A DNA stretch of 64,000 nt from Lingula anatina (lineage: Eukaryota > Animalia > Brachiopoda): contig CM120646.1 in NCBI GenBank assembly GCA_051362555.1, positions 1,860,001 to 1,924,000 of the forward strand. The letters are read 5' to 3'. The notes under the pieces were generated by a model. It was not told the DNA's origin. It did not search any database and saw only the letters and a program-made list of their open reading frames with translations. Shown here piece after piece: positions 1-13,708 of this stretch; within the stretch, counting starts at the first letter, position 1, and each line of letters opens with the position of its first letter. A program made the position numbers and the translations under genes.

Positions 1-3000
1 ATTACTGAGCACCTGACCAACAGCACTCTCTTGCTTTATCCCCTGAGATAATACAAGGTGGTGGACCTTCTGGCCTCCTGCTAGATTCTGGGGTGCCACC
101 CCTGGGTCCACAAACTGCACAGGCTCCATCTGAGGGGGGTTTGACCCAGTGAGGGCACTTATGCCCAGCTGTGCAGCAGAGAGGGCCCCTGGTTCCTGCT
201 TTATGGTCACACTTATCCCTCCAGTGGGGCTACCATGCCCGGGGATTATTGATCCAGGGGTGTTAACAGGGGTTCCAGCCCTCCCCAGGAGGTGAACGGG
301 AGTTCCTGGATGTGACCTGGCAGGACTGCTACGAGATGACCCAGGAAGAGAGACTAAATTAACTGGAGTGCCACCCCTGGGACTGCCGGGTTCTGACTTG
401 ATATACACCCCCTGGGCTGAGGTGGGTCTCTGGGGTGATGCCCCTGGGGTGGTACTCCCTGATCTCTGTGTCTGTGGAGTGCCCCCTTGTATCAACACAG
501 CTCTCCCAGGGGAGAAACTGGGTGAGGGGGTGCCTTTCACAATGCCTTTCAGCACAGACCCAGGCTTCAATATTGACACCTGACCTTGACCTGAATTTAT
601 AATCTGACCCTGAACTTGAATTCCCACTTGTGCCTGCTGACCTTGACCTACTTTCTGAGGCGACCTAAGAAGAGATGTAACGGCAGCAGTGACAGCTTGG
701 TTTGAGGAGTTATTCAGTCCACCTATTCTTGTCCCTGAGATTGTGAAGCTTTTTCCTAAAAGGCTTGTGGCTGAGTTTACAGCACCACTGGATGCCGTTT
801 TCGCCACTCCAGTATTCTGCCCTGAAACAGATCGACCTAATTTTGTAGGAGATTGTTGCAGTACAGGAGATGGATTCCCCTGCACAAGTGCACTGTTTTG
901 CAAAAATACAATTGGCTGGGAGCCTTGACCTTGGCCAAGTGACAGCATCTGACCTTGACCTTTGGGACTCAGTCTGCCTCCCAACAAGACATCCGAACCT
1001 GAATTCAATTGTAGGACTTTCCCCTGAGGTATGGCTGCACCCTGTGGGGCTGTGGCGCCCCCTGGTGTGCTTTTGACCAATAAATGTTGCGGAATGAGGT
1101 AGACTTTGCCCTGGGCATCAACACACCTGACGTAGACATTACTTGAGCCAGCTGCCGACACTTTGCTGTCTGCTGCAGGGAGTTTCACTTTCACTGGAGT
1201 TTGTTTACCTGGTGGCAATTTAGTCATTAGTATTTGATCTGTATTGCTATTTATCACTGGTAAATTCTCCTGTGTTACCACAGATGCCAAGGTGTTTTTA
1301 GCTTTGGTGTCTATTGGGGCTGATCCCATCAAAGGTAATGCAGCTGCAGCTTTTAGTCCTGGAGAATTGCTTCCTCCCAAATTGTCAGTTTTAAGTGAAT
1401 CACATTTTGTTTTTCCCACAGGACTTTTAGAGTTATCGCGAGGGGCTGTGCCGACCCCAAGCTTCTCCTGATGACCTGAATGAGAGTTGTCTATTTTCTT
1501 CATCTGTAATTGGCAAACAGGGTCAGAAAAGTTTTTAGTGGGCGTATTGCTTTCAGTACTACTCATGGCATTCTGAACCAAACCATTCTTTTTCACTGGA
1601 GTGACAACTTGATTAAATTTATCTCCAGCAGTTTTCACTTTAGCAGTGTCTGAGCTAGATTTTAGCTTAGAAGTACTTTCTTCTGTTCTTTTCATCTGGA
1701 ATTCTGTATGGTTTGTTACGCTTTCTGCTACTGGTGATGCTGATGTTGTCAATGTCGCAGCAGCTGTTTTTGCAACAGGGACTATACTCTCTGCTTTTTC
1801 TAGATCGACATCTACAACCTTAAAGTTAAGATGATATGTTTATTATGCTATTAGTCGATTTTCATAGAATTTGAGGTTTTATACCAAGACCTAATTAATT
1901 GGTTTTGATATAATTCCTGTAATGTTTAGATCTTTATGTCTTCCTGTACACCTCAGAAAAAAAATACTAGACTAAACATCATGTCCTTTTATTTGAGGAA
2001 TTGAATTGTTTTTAATTCTGAAACTTCAGTGGCTTTGCAGTTTATAAACACTATGACTTTGGGATATTTTCATACTCAGATAGTATACTTTTCATCAAAT
2101 AAATGCTTTTCCAACATGCAACAATCTACTTTTTTCCTGATAATAGAAAGGGGAGATGAAAGAGTCTGTACAAAAAAGGCACAGATTTCTAATAATGCTT
2201 TCAGACTTAAACAAAGAAGATCACTTATAATATGTAAAAACAACTTACTGTTTCAGCTCCCAAAGTCTGCAAGCCAGTGTAAGTCCTGTCCAGCTAGAAG
2301 TAAACAGAGGCAGTCGTTATCTTCCAACAGGCTTCAAATAGAGCTTTAAGGGACTCAATACAATTTTTGATGAAAAAATTTCCAGGGTCCTCAACAAGTA
2401 TCAAGTACTCACTGGTCATCACTTTATAGTGCTTAAACACATAAAATCCACAATTTGGAAAAGTTTGGGAATGTGAAATTCATATGGGCCTTTAAGTAAA
2501 ATTTCAATTCAGATACATGCTACCAATAATACACATTTTATCTTTCTTTGTATTAAGAACTGTGACGAAAGTAAATAAACCTTTTTTCTTTGTTTTGAAG
2601 CAAATTTCACAGATATTAAAGGCATACACTGCATGTCAGACCTTAATATTGCAAAAAAAAAAAAAAAATCTGTTTTTTCTGTGATTCCCCTCCACCAACA
2701 AGGCATAACTTATCCGTAAAGACAGAACTGACCCAGTCACTCACCTTCAACTGATGAATGATGTCCACGCTTTTATTGCGCTGATCCCTAAAGTGAAGCT
2801 GGACTCTGATGGGGAACTCCCCCCACCCCCTCCGCGTCAGGTGAAATGGAGGCTGACTAGAAGAAAATAAAAAAATATGCCAGGAATAGTGTGTGTGTGT
2901 GTGTGAATAAAGACTGTATTAATTGGCCAAGTATTAATCACTAAACTTGCAGTTGGCGTTGCTAGCAATAAAGAAGATATAAATAGATCAGGGCTCCGTA

Positions 3001-6000
3001 TCTTGAAAGGTTCGCTATGTTGTGCACGTGCGCAAGTGTCTCAATTCCATGGCCCCGTATCTCGAAATAGAATCGGTTATGGAATCGAGACACTTGCGCA
3101 CGTGCGCAACATAGCGAACCTTTCGAGATACGGAGCCCAGGGATGATATGTGCTAGCTATTGCGTGCCTGGGCGTGTATGATGTGATTTAATTTAAATTA
3201 GTTTATTGATTACACTCTGGACCCCTGGGGAACTTCATTAAATCCAAGGGTCATGGACATTAAATACAGAATTCTGGAATAGATCAGTAAGGTGTTTTGA
3301 TCACTGAGACTTCATCTCACCTAACTTCCACCAAGTCATTAGGTCTGTAACTGGGGTGAAGAAAAAAGCGCACTTTCTTTACAAAACCATCAATGTGCGG
3401 CTCCTCCTTAGACCCTCTGACGTATACCATCCATTTGTGCGTCGCGTGGTCATTCTCATCTCGCTTTTCAAAAGGAATATATCTGAAAATAATTGTAAAA
3501 TAGGTTTATATGTATCTTCAAGATTATTGTCAAATATTTAACTTTCTGCTGAAGAAAAAAGGGACAAAAAATTTATCATATAACCCAGTGCAATATTTTG
3601 AATTTGTAAGGCAATAAAATTATTCTGCATTTTTTGAAAAAACAATAAAGCAAGAAGAAAATGCTTGCATACAAACTTTTCATCAAATATTAAAAATATT
3701 ATACTATGGCTGAAGCAAATTTATTTAATTATAAATTTGATGAAAGCCATATCATATGACTAAGGCAAAATATCTGCCTGTAAGACTTAGGTTGCCATGA
3801 CTACAGTAACCACGTACTTGGACACATTTCCCACAACGATTCTCTTTTTTATCTTAAATCTTCCTCCCCTGGAGGGTGAAACAGCAGGGGCTGCTTGAGA
3901 ACACTGTGTCTGGGTGAAAATAATATCAGACAAATGAAAATGATTCTACAAGAACAAGTCAGTATCAGAGACAAAAATCACATACACTACACAGGCAGTG
4001 TTTTGTTCAGCACAACTTTGTAAACATTTACATTTTTTGCATCTTCAAAACATCACTGTTCTAACAACAGAAGCATTCCATATCAATTCCATATCAGCCC
4101 ATATCAAGTAAAAATGTAGATCTTGAAACCTTGTTCATTCTAAGTATTCTGAAACGCTTGAAAAATTGCAATGCAGACACCATCTTAAAATATAAAACGA
4201 TCAAAATACATGACATGTTTCCTGCTAACAAATATTATCCTTTAAACATTTGTTCTTCTTTAAACAAGTTGTGATGACCTGTACCTCTCTTCTCTCACTC
4301 TTCCCAGACACACTGCTCCCAGAACTCTGCTCCTTCAATCCAACTTGACCCCTTTCTTGAGCATGTGACCCCTGACCTGGACCTAGTTCTGACTGACCAA
4401 TCACCTCTGTATTCTTCACCGTTTTCCCCAAATGCTTTTTCACAGTAGGATGGATAGAAGGCATTGCTGGCTCTGACTTGGACTGTAAGTATGTAATGGA
4501 TAGTTAGATGTAATGGTGAAGTATTGGATTTTGTTTACCAAACTTGTTAACATGAGGACTGTGATTTGATTTAATGATATACAATAATGGTATGTAAATA
4601 ATAATAATTAAGCATAAATTTTGGTCTAATGACGCACACCAATAATAAATATTGGGCTTAATCTTCTTGTATAATGACAAGTAATGAAATGCTTAGCCCA
4701 GAAAAATAAGATTCCTTAAAATAAGTCAATGGTGTGATAAATCTCATCTTTTTCTTTGTCAACATTTTCTAAACTTCATTTCATCTTTCACAAGAACTAA
4801 GATGACATTTAATGTAATAAATGAGAGAGCACAGGATTATGGGATCTCAAGCCAAACTTATATCCCCAGCTTACAAACTAAATTTATGGCAACCCATATT
4901 ACCCTCAGTGGTACAAAATGTGACCTACGTATTGACGACCTTCAACTTCAAGTCATCAGCAGGGGACAAATCAGAGTCCTGTATAAACACCAACTCTTTT
5001 ACTTTAAAAGGACCATTACGTTTACCATTAACACAGCCTCTTTACCTGTGACGACCCAGCGTTGCTATAGTAACTGGCCACTATGCATGCTCTCAGTCTA
5101 TCCAACATTGTCCGTGTCTGTTGAAGCCTCTGGAAGTTAAAGACCAGAACAAATTACACCCCATTTCCATAGATTTTTAGATCGATCTATCCCTGTGGGG
5201 AGTCTCACTAGATTACTGTCAGCTTGGCCGGATTAAGCGTCTGTCCCGCTTACTAAAAGCTGTAAGGGGGTAATTAACTATGGTGCCCGCTCGGCTGACT
5301 GCAATTTAGCCTGAACCCAAGGAGTTAGGTCGATCTAAATCTTAATCTTTAGATCGATCTAAATCTCTGGGAAAGCACCCTTAGATCAAACTATGAAACA
5401 ATTCAAACTAAAACAAACAATACTTTACAACAAAGCAAGTTAATCTGACCAAAAAAGTATAGTTAAAGTAAATTCCAATTACAATACGTATCTATATAAT
5501 TCTAAACATATTAACCAAGGTATTTTATAAAACCATTTGTTATATGTAAGACTGAAAATAACCAATACTAATGAATGAATGGAGGGGTCTGTGCATTAAT
5601 AACATAGCAGTGTTAATCTTAAATTTAATTACAGTAAATACTAAAATTGTATTAAACATGATATTTCTATATACTAATAAAACCATATGTTATATGTAAG
5701 ACTGAAAAACTACCAATACTAATTAACAAATGGACCCCATGGTGTGCTTACCCTGTCAATTTCTTCAGCCTCAGCCTCCTTGTTTTTAAACTCCTGGGAA
5801 AATTGACTCTGAATTATAGCCTCAATTCTGTGGACTGTTGCATCTTTTGCTGAAAATGGAGAAAATTAATAAAAATTATGAGATGCTGCTTTTCTGACAA
5901 TTTCAGTCTTTTTTTAATTTATTTATTAGGTACTTACCCAGAAAACCATTCTTTGTCCGACAATGGCAAAAAGTGGGGAAAAACTTCATCACCCCGTACT

Positions 6001-6225
6001 GTGTCATAAAAAAAAGACTTGTTTAAACTTGAAACCAAAAATGTATTCCATGCTGCCAAAAAGATTTGAAAAGAATCAGAACTGGATCAATCCAGAGCAT
6101 CAGATATAACTACCATCTTTTTCTATCACCCTCCTCCTCTTGCTTTGAGAATCAACAATTTCATCATAATCGGGATCTTGGTCTACCAGTGTCCTCTTTA
6201 AATTCGAGCTCATAGTTGCTGCCAT
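1..6225 (-). CDS. YEATS2: YEATS domain-containing protein 2 (ATAC complex acyl-lysine reader), 5' part; runs off the left edge. Exons: 6225-6114, 5849-5752, 5129-5046, 4482-~4285, 3909-3818, 3482-3321, 2856-2745, 2293-2249, 1818-<1
   Basis: Spliced translation gives [23 protein letters not shown]...[25 protein letters not shown]...[13 protein letters not shown]...[87 protein letters not shown]...[21 protein letters not shown]. This is the recognisable YEATS2 N-terminus plus YEATS domain. Junctions are GT-AG and phase-compatible. Confidence 0.95.
2992..3137. mobile_element. Palindromic MITE with CAG target-site duplication (PIF/Harbinger-like), copy 1
   Basis: About 55-bp inverted arms, GGCTCCGTATC...GATACGGAGCC, flanked by CAG on both sides. 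A second copy lies at 37314-37458. Confidence 0.85.
5157..5380 (+). mobile_element. ~225-bp MITE family with TTA/TAA flanks (Harbinger-like), copy 1 of 4
   Basis: Subterminal inverted TAGATCGATCTA motifs. Related copies at 20793-21017, 29923-30148 and ~40875-41086. Confidence 0.8.
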
Positions 6226-7231
6226 GTTCTACCTGAGGAAAAAAGAAGTCAAGAACAGCATATATTATCATAATAAGAATTTTTTTAATAATCAAGTGTC
6301 AATAGGAATTAAGCAATATACAAACTTGTGCATAAAATTTAGTTAGATATAAATGCCTTGGAGGTAATGTAAATGTTAAAGCCAGTATCCTTATATAAAA
6401 TGTGTTACAATAATACAAACTGAAACTTTCATGTCATTACTACTACTGCTTGGGACATTGGTATGAAGTTTCATGTCTTTATTAATTAGCACACCTATTT
6501 ATGGTTTGTGATCGGAAGGATGTGTAAACACATGAAAAATACAGGTGTATATACCTGTAAAATTATAGACAAGTAGCATATCTACCAAACTGCAAACTAT
6601 TTTGCCTTGATCTGACCGGATGAAGTGTTCAGAGCACTGTTGATGGCAAGACCCGCTTCCTTTTCAGGAGTGGCCACTTTGAGGCGGTGGAGGTGAGCGA
6701 GGATGAGATGTGAGTACCCCCAAATTGCTGTGGACGAGCTATCTGGGGTCACTTTTTAGTTTTATGCACTTACACCTTTCATGCGTCTACATATATGACA
6801 TTGTGCATATCTTAAAACAACTTGTCTAGGAGTGCTAACACATGAGACTCAAGTACCTAGAGTAGTATGCAAGGCCGAAAACTGACAAAATCCCGATCCC
6901 AACCCCCTAGGAGATATTCCTGACACTTGGATTAAAGTGACAGCTTGATATCAGTGATATGATGTCTAATTCCACAGACAATAACGAGACAACACAGATT
7001 AAAACCTTCGTCTTTTTCAACGCAAAACCCGACTGTGGAAAGTAGGTCAAAGAAAGAGTTAAAGGGTGGGAAACGTACAACCAAACAAAGGAATGCATCG
7101 GCATTTTGTCCATTTAATGTTCTCTGCGGATTCAAATAAATGTGATTATTAATATCCCTGTTTTCTGAGAATTCTGGTTACTGTTGGCTGTCATCGGGAC
7201 GTATAGAACTGAAGTGAATGACGGGACTTAC

Positions 7232-7290
7232 CAATCAAGATTCATGTTCATGGACGCCGCCATTTTGGGAAATAGACCTCGATTTCAGTC
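7232..7290 (-). promoter_or_regulatory. Putative first exon of YEATS2 with a YY1-like AAAATGGCGGC motif and a GTAAGT donor
   Basis: Minus strand reads CCCAAAATGGCGGCGTCC...GATTG|GTAAGT at 7232/7231, about 1 kb upstream of the ATG exon. Confidence 0.55.
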
Positions 7291-8511
7291 GAGAAAATTA
7301 GGTCAAAGTTTTTAGAGTTTCCACGCGCCACAAATCCCTATTGATCGGGTTAATCCACCGAACACAACAATGTTTTAAAACCATCATGTAAATGTTTTTT
7401 CACAAATGTTATCTTAATGTTTATTATAATGTTCAAATATGATGTTGTAGATTTGAATTTTTTAAAATATGCCTTTTAACAGGGGTTTAAAAATATTTTT
7501 TATAGGCCCCTAACGATCGATAATATTTCCAGTAGGCCTAAATATAGGCCCTATATATATAAAAACATGTAGGCCCTAAGCCCCTAATTGTATTCACATG
7601 TGTTACCTTTATGTTTATGTGAGTACATGCAGTGTTATTTGCTCAGGTGTTAAAATATCGTAATAATGTCCAAGTTTAACAATAATGTTAACACATAGGC
7701 CTAGCTACGATAATTGATTATATTTCTATTAGTTGTTAACAATGGGGGTAGGCCTATTTATGGTGAAATGTGAATCTCATACGAACAGTTGTTATCCCTT
7801 TAACATTAACTTACTACCATGCACAAAACCACTGTTAATAAATCGTGCACAATGTGACACTTAACCCCCCCCCCCCGCCCTATCCCCCCCCCCCTCCCCG
7901 ATACTACTACTATATTTAAAAGTCAAGTTCAGCTACCTGAAGCTCGTTAGACCAAATGATTGAATATATATTGCAGCTTGAAAGTACTATATGGTACAGT
8001 TTATTTCACAAAGCATCTCGGACTCTATTAAATCATTGAATGAGGTTGCAGGGGAGATTTAAGATGAAAGGAGAGTGCATGCTTTCTCCCCTGTTTGTCA
8101 ACTATTAAAACACTACCACCATGATTTGGATCATGACAAAATAAATATTCATTACTTAACATTAATGGAGATCATAATTAATAGAAGATTTTTCTAACAC
8201 GTGCTAATAATGAAGGTACATCTCCATTTCAAAACTCAGAAGGCTGTCATCATTCTTTACTCTTGAAAAATTCCCGCCGGCTTACGGACGCGGATCAAGA
8301 CGGTGTGAATCCACGCCTGATTATACATGAAAGAAAAACGTTTCAGTCGCACATACAAGTAGGCCTAAATGAAGAGTCGGCTGTCAGTCTTGGCGGGTTC
8401 TTATTCCTATCAAGGACATGTCATTTCTGTTCAATTAAGTTAGACAGAACTGAGAAGACACGTGCTGAGAGGACACTGGGGATGAACACACGACATCACA
8501 TGCACACGACA

Positions 8512-11500
8512 ATGTTGTCTCCCGTTATTTACAGAGGTTGGGTTGTACTAGGGATTGCTATTCTTCTATTATTTATTGAAGGTGGAATTAAAGGTTCGTG
8601 GGGAACGGTAATCTTGTGTTACCAACAGGATGAAACATTTCCAGAGTCGTCTCTTGCACTGCTGGGTAAGGCTTTTTCTTTTGCTTTTGGTACATACAGG
8701 GTTGCTACTTAATATGGAATATTTTTTATCATTGTTATTTTTGAGTACTGATTAAATTTTTTTGGCTTGAGTCATTAAAAAAGTATGCCACTGAGTAATA
8801 AAAACATCCAATCTTCTGTTGTGAGATATTTTGGTCAATGATATCAAATCTGACATAAGATGCCATTCAAAAGAAAGGAACACCCCCAGAAAACCACATC
8901 AACAGTTTAATGTCAGTATTAACTTTAAGCTAAGATATTTAAGTAAATGATTAACTCCGGACAGTGATATGTTACACAGTCAAAGAACTCACTACAGTAA
9001 ATCATGAAAAGCCAGTAATTGCGGGTATGACCTCCAGCAGCCGCTTGCAGCTCCCTCTTCCTACATGGCATACCCTGTAACACGTTTTTTAGAGTTTGGA
9101 TGGGGATATCATTCCACGCAGTGATATTTGCCTGTCGCAGTTCATCACTATTTACCGGCCAATGACCATAGCTATTAATTCTGTGAGTTACTTTTGCCCA
9201 AAGATTTTCAATTAGGTTCATATCTGGAGAGTTTGCAGGCCAGGGCAGTTGCTGAACCCATTGGTTTTGAAGAAAAACAGTGATTCTGCGGCCTCGATGT
9301 GGGGTTGTGCAGTCGTCTTGGTACACAAAGTTGTTCTTGAAGATGGCTCTTACCAATCGAAGCATCGTTTGCTGTAGAATGTCTCTGTAGGAATCCTGGC
9401 TGAGGTTGCCTCTTACAAAAACCAACTGGTTCTGGGCACCGACATGAAATTCTCCTCAAACAGAGACGTTACAACCCCCTGCTTGCACCCTAGGTAGTAC
9501 ACAACCATCGTTTTATGTCCCTCGTACACGTCGGTGGACACGGATTCGACCATCAACCCTAAAAGATCCATATGTGGCCTCATTACTGAAAACGACGTGA
9601 TTCCAGTGTTTTGGCTCCAAACGCACGTGGTCCCCAGCCCATTGCAGGCGTCGCTGTATATGACCTGCTGTTAACAGTGGTTTCCCTACTGCCCTTCGTG
9701 CAAAATAACCGGCTTGCAGTAATCTCTTGTTCACGATTGACCTTGAAACGGGCGTTTGAATGACATTCTGCCTCTCTTTTCTGAGGACACTGGTTGCATT
9801 TGTACGACCAGCACGGCGTCCTCTAAGGAGAAGGCGATCCTGTCTTCTTGGTGTGATACGCGGACACCCTGGTCGAGGTATTGGAGCAGGTGCCCCTGTT
9901 GCAGCATTTCTTTGGAGGACTTTACAAACGGTTCTTGATAAATATTGAATTACCTGGCAATGGCTGTCCGTTTCTGGACATTTTCTCTGAGAGCAAGAGT
10001 CCCATAGTAAGCTGCTTTGCTTAGCTGTCGAACCATATCTTCAATAAGGTACCTGTCAAGTTTCAGTGCGATCCCTTTGTTGCTTCTCTAAACACACTCC
10101 AAAGATTGACCAAACCCATGCGTTTTTATACAAGGGCAGAAATTGCCGAAAAGACCACCCCTCACATTTCTGACCACAGAAAATGCAACTGCACGCATCA
10201 ATTGTTTCGAGAGTTGTATGGTAATTAGGAAACACACCTGGCTACTCAGGGAGTGACACCTCAGATTTGGATGTAAAGTAGTTAGAGAGAAAATAAATAT
10301 TTTGTGGAAAATTTACTCGCCAAAAAATAATATTCCATATTAAGTGGTAACCCTGTAGCATTAGTACTGGTACATTGCAGTTTGTTGCAAGAAATTTGAA
10401 ATCCTTTTAAATGGAGGAATTGACGAAATATGTTGTGGTGGTTTCATAGTAGCATGGAAGTAAGGACAGGAGCCAGGGAGGTTACAGGGTTATTTTAAGG
10501 GGGTGTCCGGTTTTTAGGAATAACAGGCTGCGGATGTGAAGCCGACCCACGCCCTCCTCTCCCATGGCATGGGGTTCGGGGCCTGCTGAAGGGCCCCAAG
10601 ATTTTTTGGCATTTTAAAGAGCGAAAGGTGTCATTTGGTACAGTTTAGAACTATGATTCAGCTAGTTAAATTCTTATTTTATAAGTGGACCATTGGCGTA
10701 ATTTTTTCAGACACCCCCTCCCCTAAATCCGCCACTGAAAAGCTAGCTTTGTCAGCAGCTTTGGGAAGGATCGTGGATTAAAGTTGAACCTGTCGCGCCT
10801 TACATGGTGTGCTGAATATGAATAAAAGAATAAGAAAGCTGTATAGATGGGCACTGGTCCTTTCTAAATCTGCATTCATATCTACGACGTAGTCTTTCTT
10901 TGGCTCATGGCCTAATCTCGGTGGTGTCATAAGTGTGATAGCACACAAAAAGCTACCAGTATGGCAGTATGAGAAGGCTATCACACATATTTGGACACTA
11001 GAGACATAGGCCTTACTAAAAATCACTATGAGAATTCGTCCCTTTTTGGTACCAGTGGCTGAAAATCAGGCGTCTGGTTAATGGACTAATATGGAAGTAA
11101 TAGTTCCATGGTTTGATGCACCTACATTTGGACATTTGCCCCCATTTGTAGTAGCCTCTTGATCGCCCAGACATTGTATTTGGTGTATGCCTTCACGCTT
11201 GAGATGTTAGAAGTGGACGGCTATATCCTGTGGCTTTCCGGTTTGTCGGTATTTATACCAGTCCTGTCAAGACAATTAATGTACCTCTCATCTCCTCGCC
11301 TGTACTGAAGTGTTTGGTTCCCAGTGTAATGAAACTGAGGGCCCGTGTAACAGAAAGCCCGCCCTCCATTTAGTTATAATGGTTAGGGTTAGCCTGACCT
11401 AAGTGGGTCAAAATCTAGGGCGAGGCTTACCTGTACAAATGAATGGGAAGCGGACTGTCTATCATGGGAGACTCTCTGTCATGTAACATCGGCAGGGGGT

Positions 11501-13003
11501 CGACATGATCAATGAAAGCCCTTAGCCTCCGTGGAATATGCTCAGGAAGAAAGGCGCTTTCTAATTCGAAGGGAGTCATTTGAGCACTTAGATTTGGGGC
11601 GATTGTGGTTTGAGCTCAGTCGATATGCTGTAGAACTGCTTTGATTTTTGTCCAATGGCTTTGGTATTTTCAGCTGTAAACTCGCAGGTTTTAGCAAAGT
11701 TTAAGATAGACGGGTGACAGTGGACGGTTAGGCGTTTTCGTTTTCTGTAATGAGCCATGTCTTGTTCAGACAGACATGAAGAGTATTCTGTTTTTCTTTG
11801 TTTTTCTCTTTAGTTATTGTTACCCTTTTAGGCGTCTCGCCTTCGAATGCTGGGATGAGTTTTAGTGGAGGTAGATAAGAATATTTAAATATTCCCTACT
11901 ATTCAGTGGTTCATATTAGAAGGGTGTCTCGCCCTTGGTATTCGACAAGAGGATGTTCTCACCCCTTCCACACGCGCCATTAAACGGATTAAATCTCCCC
12001 GCCTTCTTACACGCAATCCCTGCAAGGGCCTAGCAATCAAACCTCGGAGCCGAGATTTAATCCGTTTAATGGCGCGTGTGGAGGTAGTGAGACCATCAAA
12101 GGATTAAGCAATCCTTTGAAGAGAGGTCAGCCATATTTCGTCCGCGGATCAGTATGTCAGCGGATTACCGTTCTGAAGCTTGAAGTCTCGATTTAGAATG
12201 CCCGGGCTTGCTGGTGGCGCCTGTCACCGTGCTGTGTATGAATGGGGTTAAATTTTAAAAAAATCGCAATGTTATTATTACCAACGCAAAGTTTAAAAAT
12301 TGTATTTATTTTTTACAGGGGCCCCGCTTTCGGTGTACATAGCGTTCAAAACATCCCTCAGTAACCTTATCTACATGGCATTGTCTAAAGTTGGAGAGTT
12401 CAGTCTTCGGCAATTCACAGCTCTTGGAGCATCTCTCATGGTGCTGGGATTGCTTCTGACGTCTTTTGCGAATAGTCCACAGTTTGTGGCTGTATCTTTT
12501 GGAATTCTGTTCGGAACTGGCGGTGGATTATTTGTGCTATGCACACATTTAGTGATGGCACTTTGGTTCCCATGGACCCACCGGTTTCATGTTTTCTCAA
12601 ACAGTATGTTGGGTTCAATGGATTTTCTTGGTAAGTATGGGGCCACACCCACACAACTCCTTACAGGGATAACAACTGTTCGAAGAAAACGGTTTTTCAT
12701 GCGGTAAAAGACTATTTTCCCATATTTACCAATGGTTAATGAATCCATTCTGAAATTCAAAGTTATTCAAGTTTTTTTTTCTGAAATGTTTGATTTTGTG
12801 TTATAATTTTTGAAGAGATTATTACGGAGGTATCGCCATCTATGTTCTGAAGGCAAGCACACATTCCAGAATAAATAAAATAACCGCTGTTTTGGTGGTA
12901 AAACAGAATTTATTATATATCTATGGGCTGTTTACAATGTATTTCTCGTGAAATATGAATTTCGCGGACAATTGTTATCTTTTTAAACATCTCTCTCTCT
13001 CTG

Positions 13004-13038
<35 letters not shown>

Positions 13039-13677
13039 GAGTGTGTGTGTGTGTGTGTGTGTGTGTGCTTCCATTTCTCAATGATGCACGTAAAGTTATC
13101 CACATACTCTTAACTATTACTTCAGGTCCATCAATTTTAAATGCTGTCAATGCCAAAATGTGCTCCGACCCGTCCCTGGGATGGCGCTGGGCATTTAGAC
13201 TTTATGCTGCTGTTTTTGGATCCTTTGGTTTTCTTCTACTTGTGGTGTTCGGCAGTCCTCCAGTAGCATGCACAGAACAACAGGAAGATGGAGCAAATGA
13301 AAAGTATGTTAATTTTGATATCTGCTGTCAGAAGTAAGAATTTTTTCCTTATGGCCCAGAAAATATGCAGTTTCACCCACAAAAAAGGCAATATAATAAG
13401 CATCATCTGGTATATTTCTCTAAGTCGCATAAAAGGCATTCTAAAAGTACCAAAAACCTTTGCATGGGCATCATGGAATTTCCAAAAGCTCCGCCAATTA
13501 ACACTGAAATAAACAGACGCATATAAAATGCCTTTGACATTGAACCATACCACATTTTAAAACCAAGAAATTTACCAGTATACAATCCTTACAATGTTAA
13601 AAATAACTTCGATAGCAATCACTGCTAATTTCGATGATTTGATAAAGCCATCATAGGTGTCAAATATCCAAGAAAAA

Positions 13678-13708
<31 letters not shown>

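Noticed and set aside
368-1834. Several plus-strand ORFs of 62-79 aa
   Set aside because: Antisense shadows of the long YEATS2 exon.
8263-8511. N-terminal extension of the 149-aa ORF upstream of transporter copy 1
   Set aside because: Starts at a non-ATG codon and is not preserved in copy 2; only the ATG at 8512/21749 is shared.
13041-13125. Cys-Val-rich ORF starts (also near 23640 and 44060)
   Set aside because: Translations of (GT)n microsatellites in non-coding DNA.
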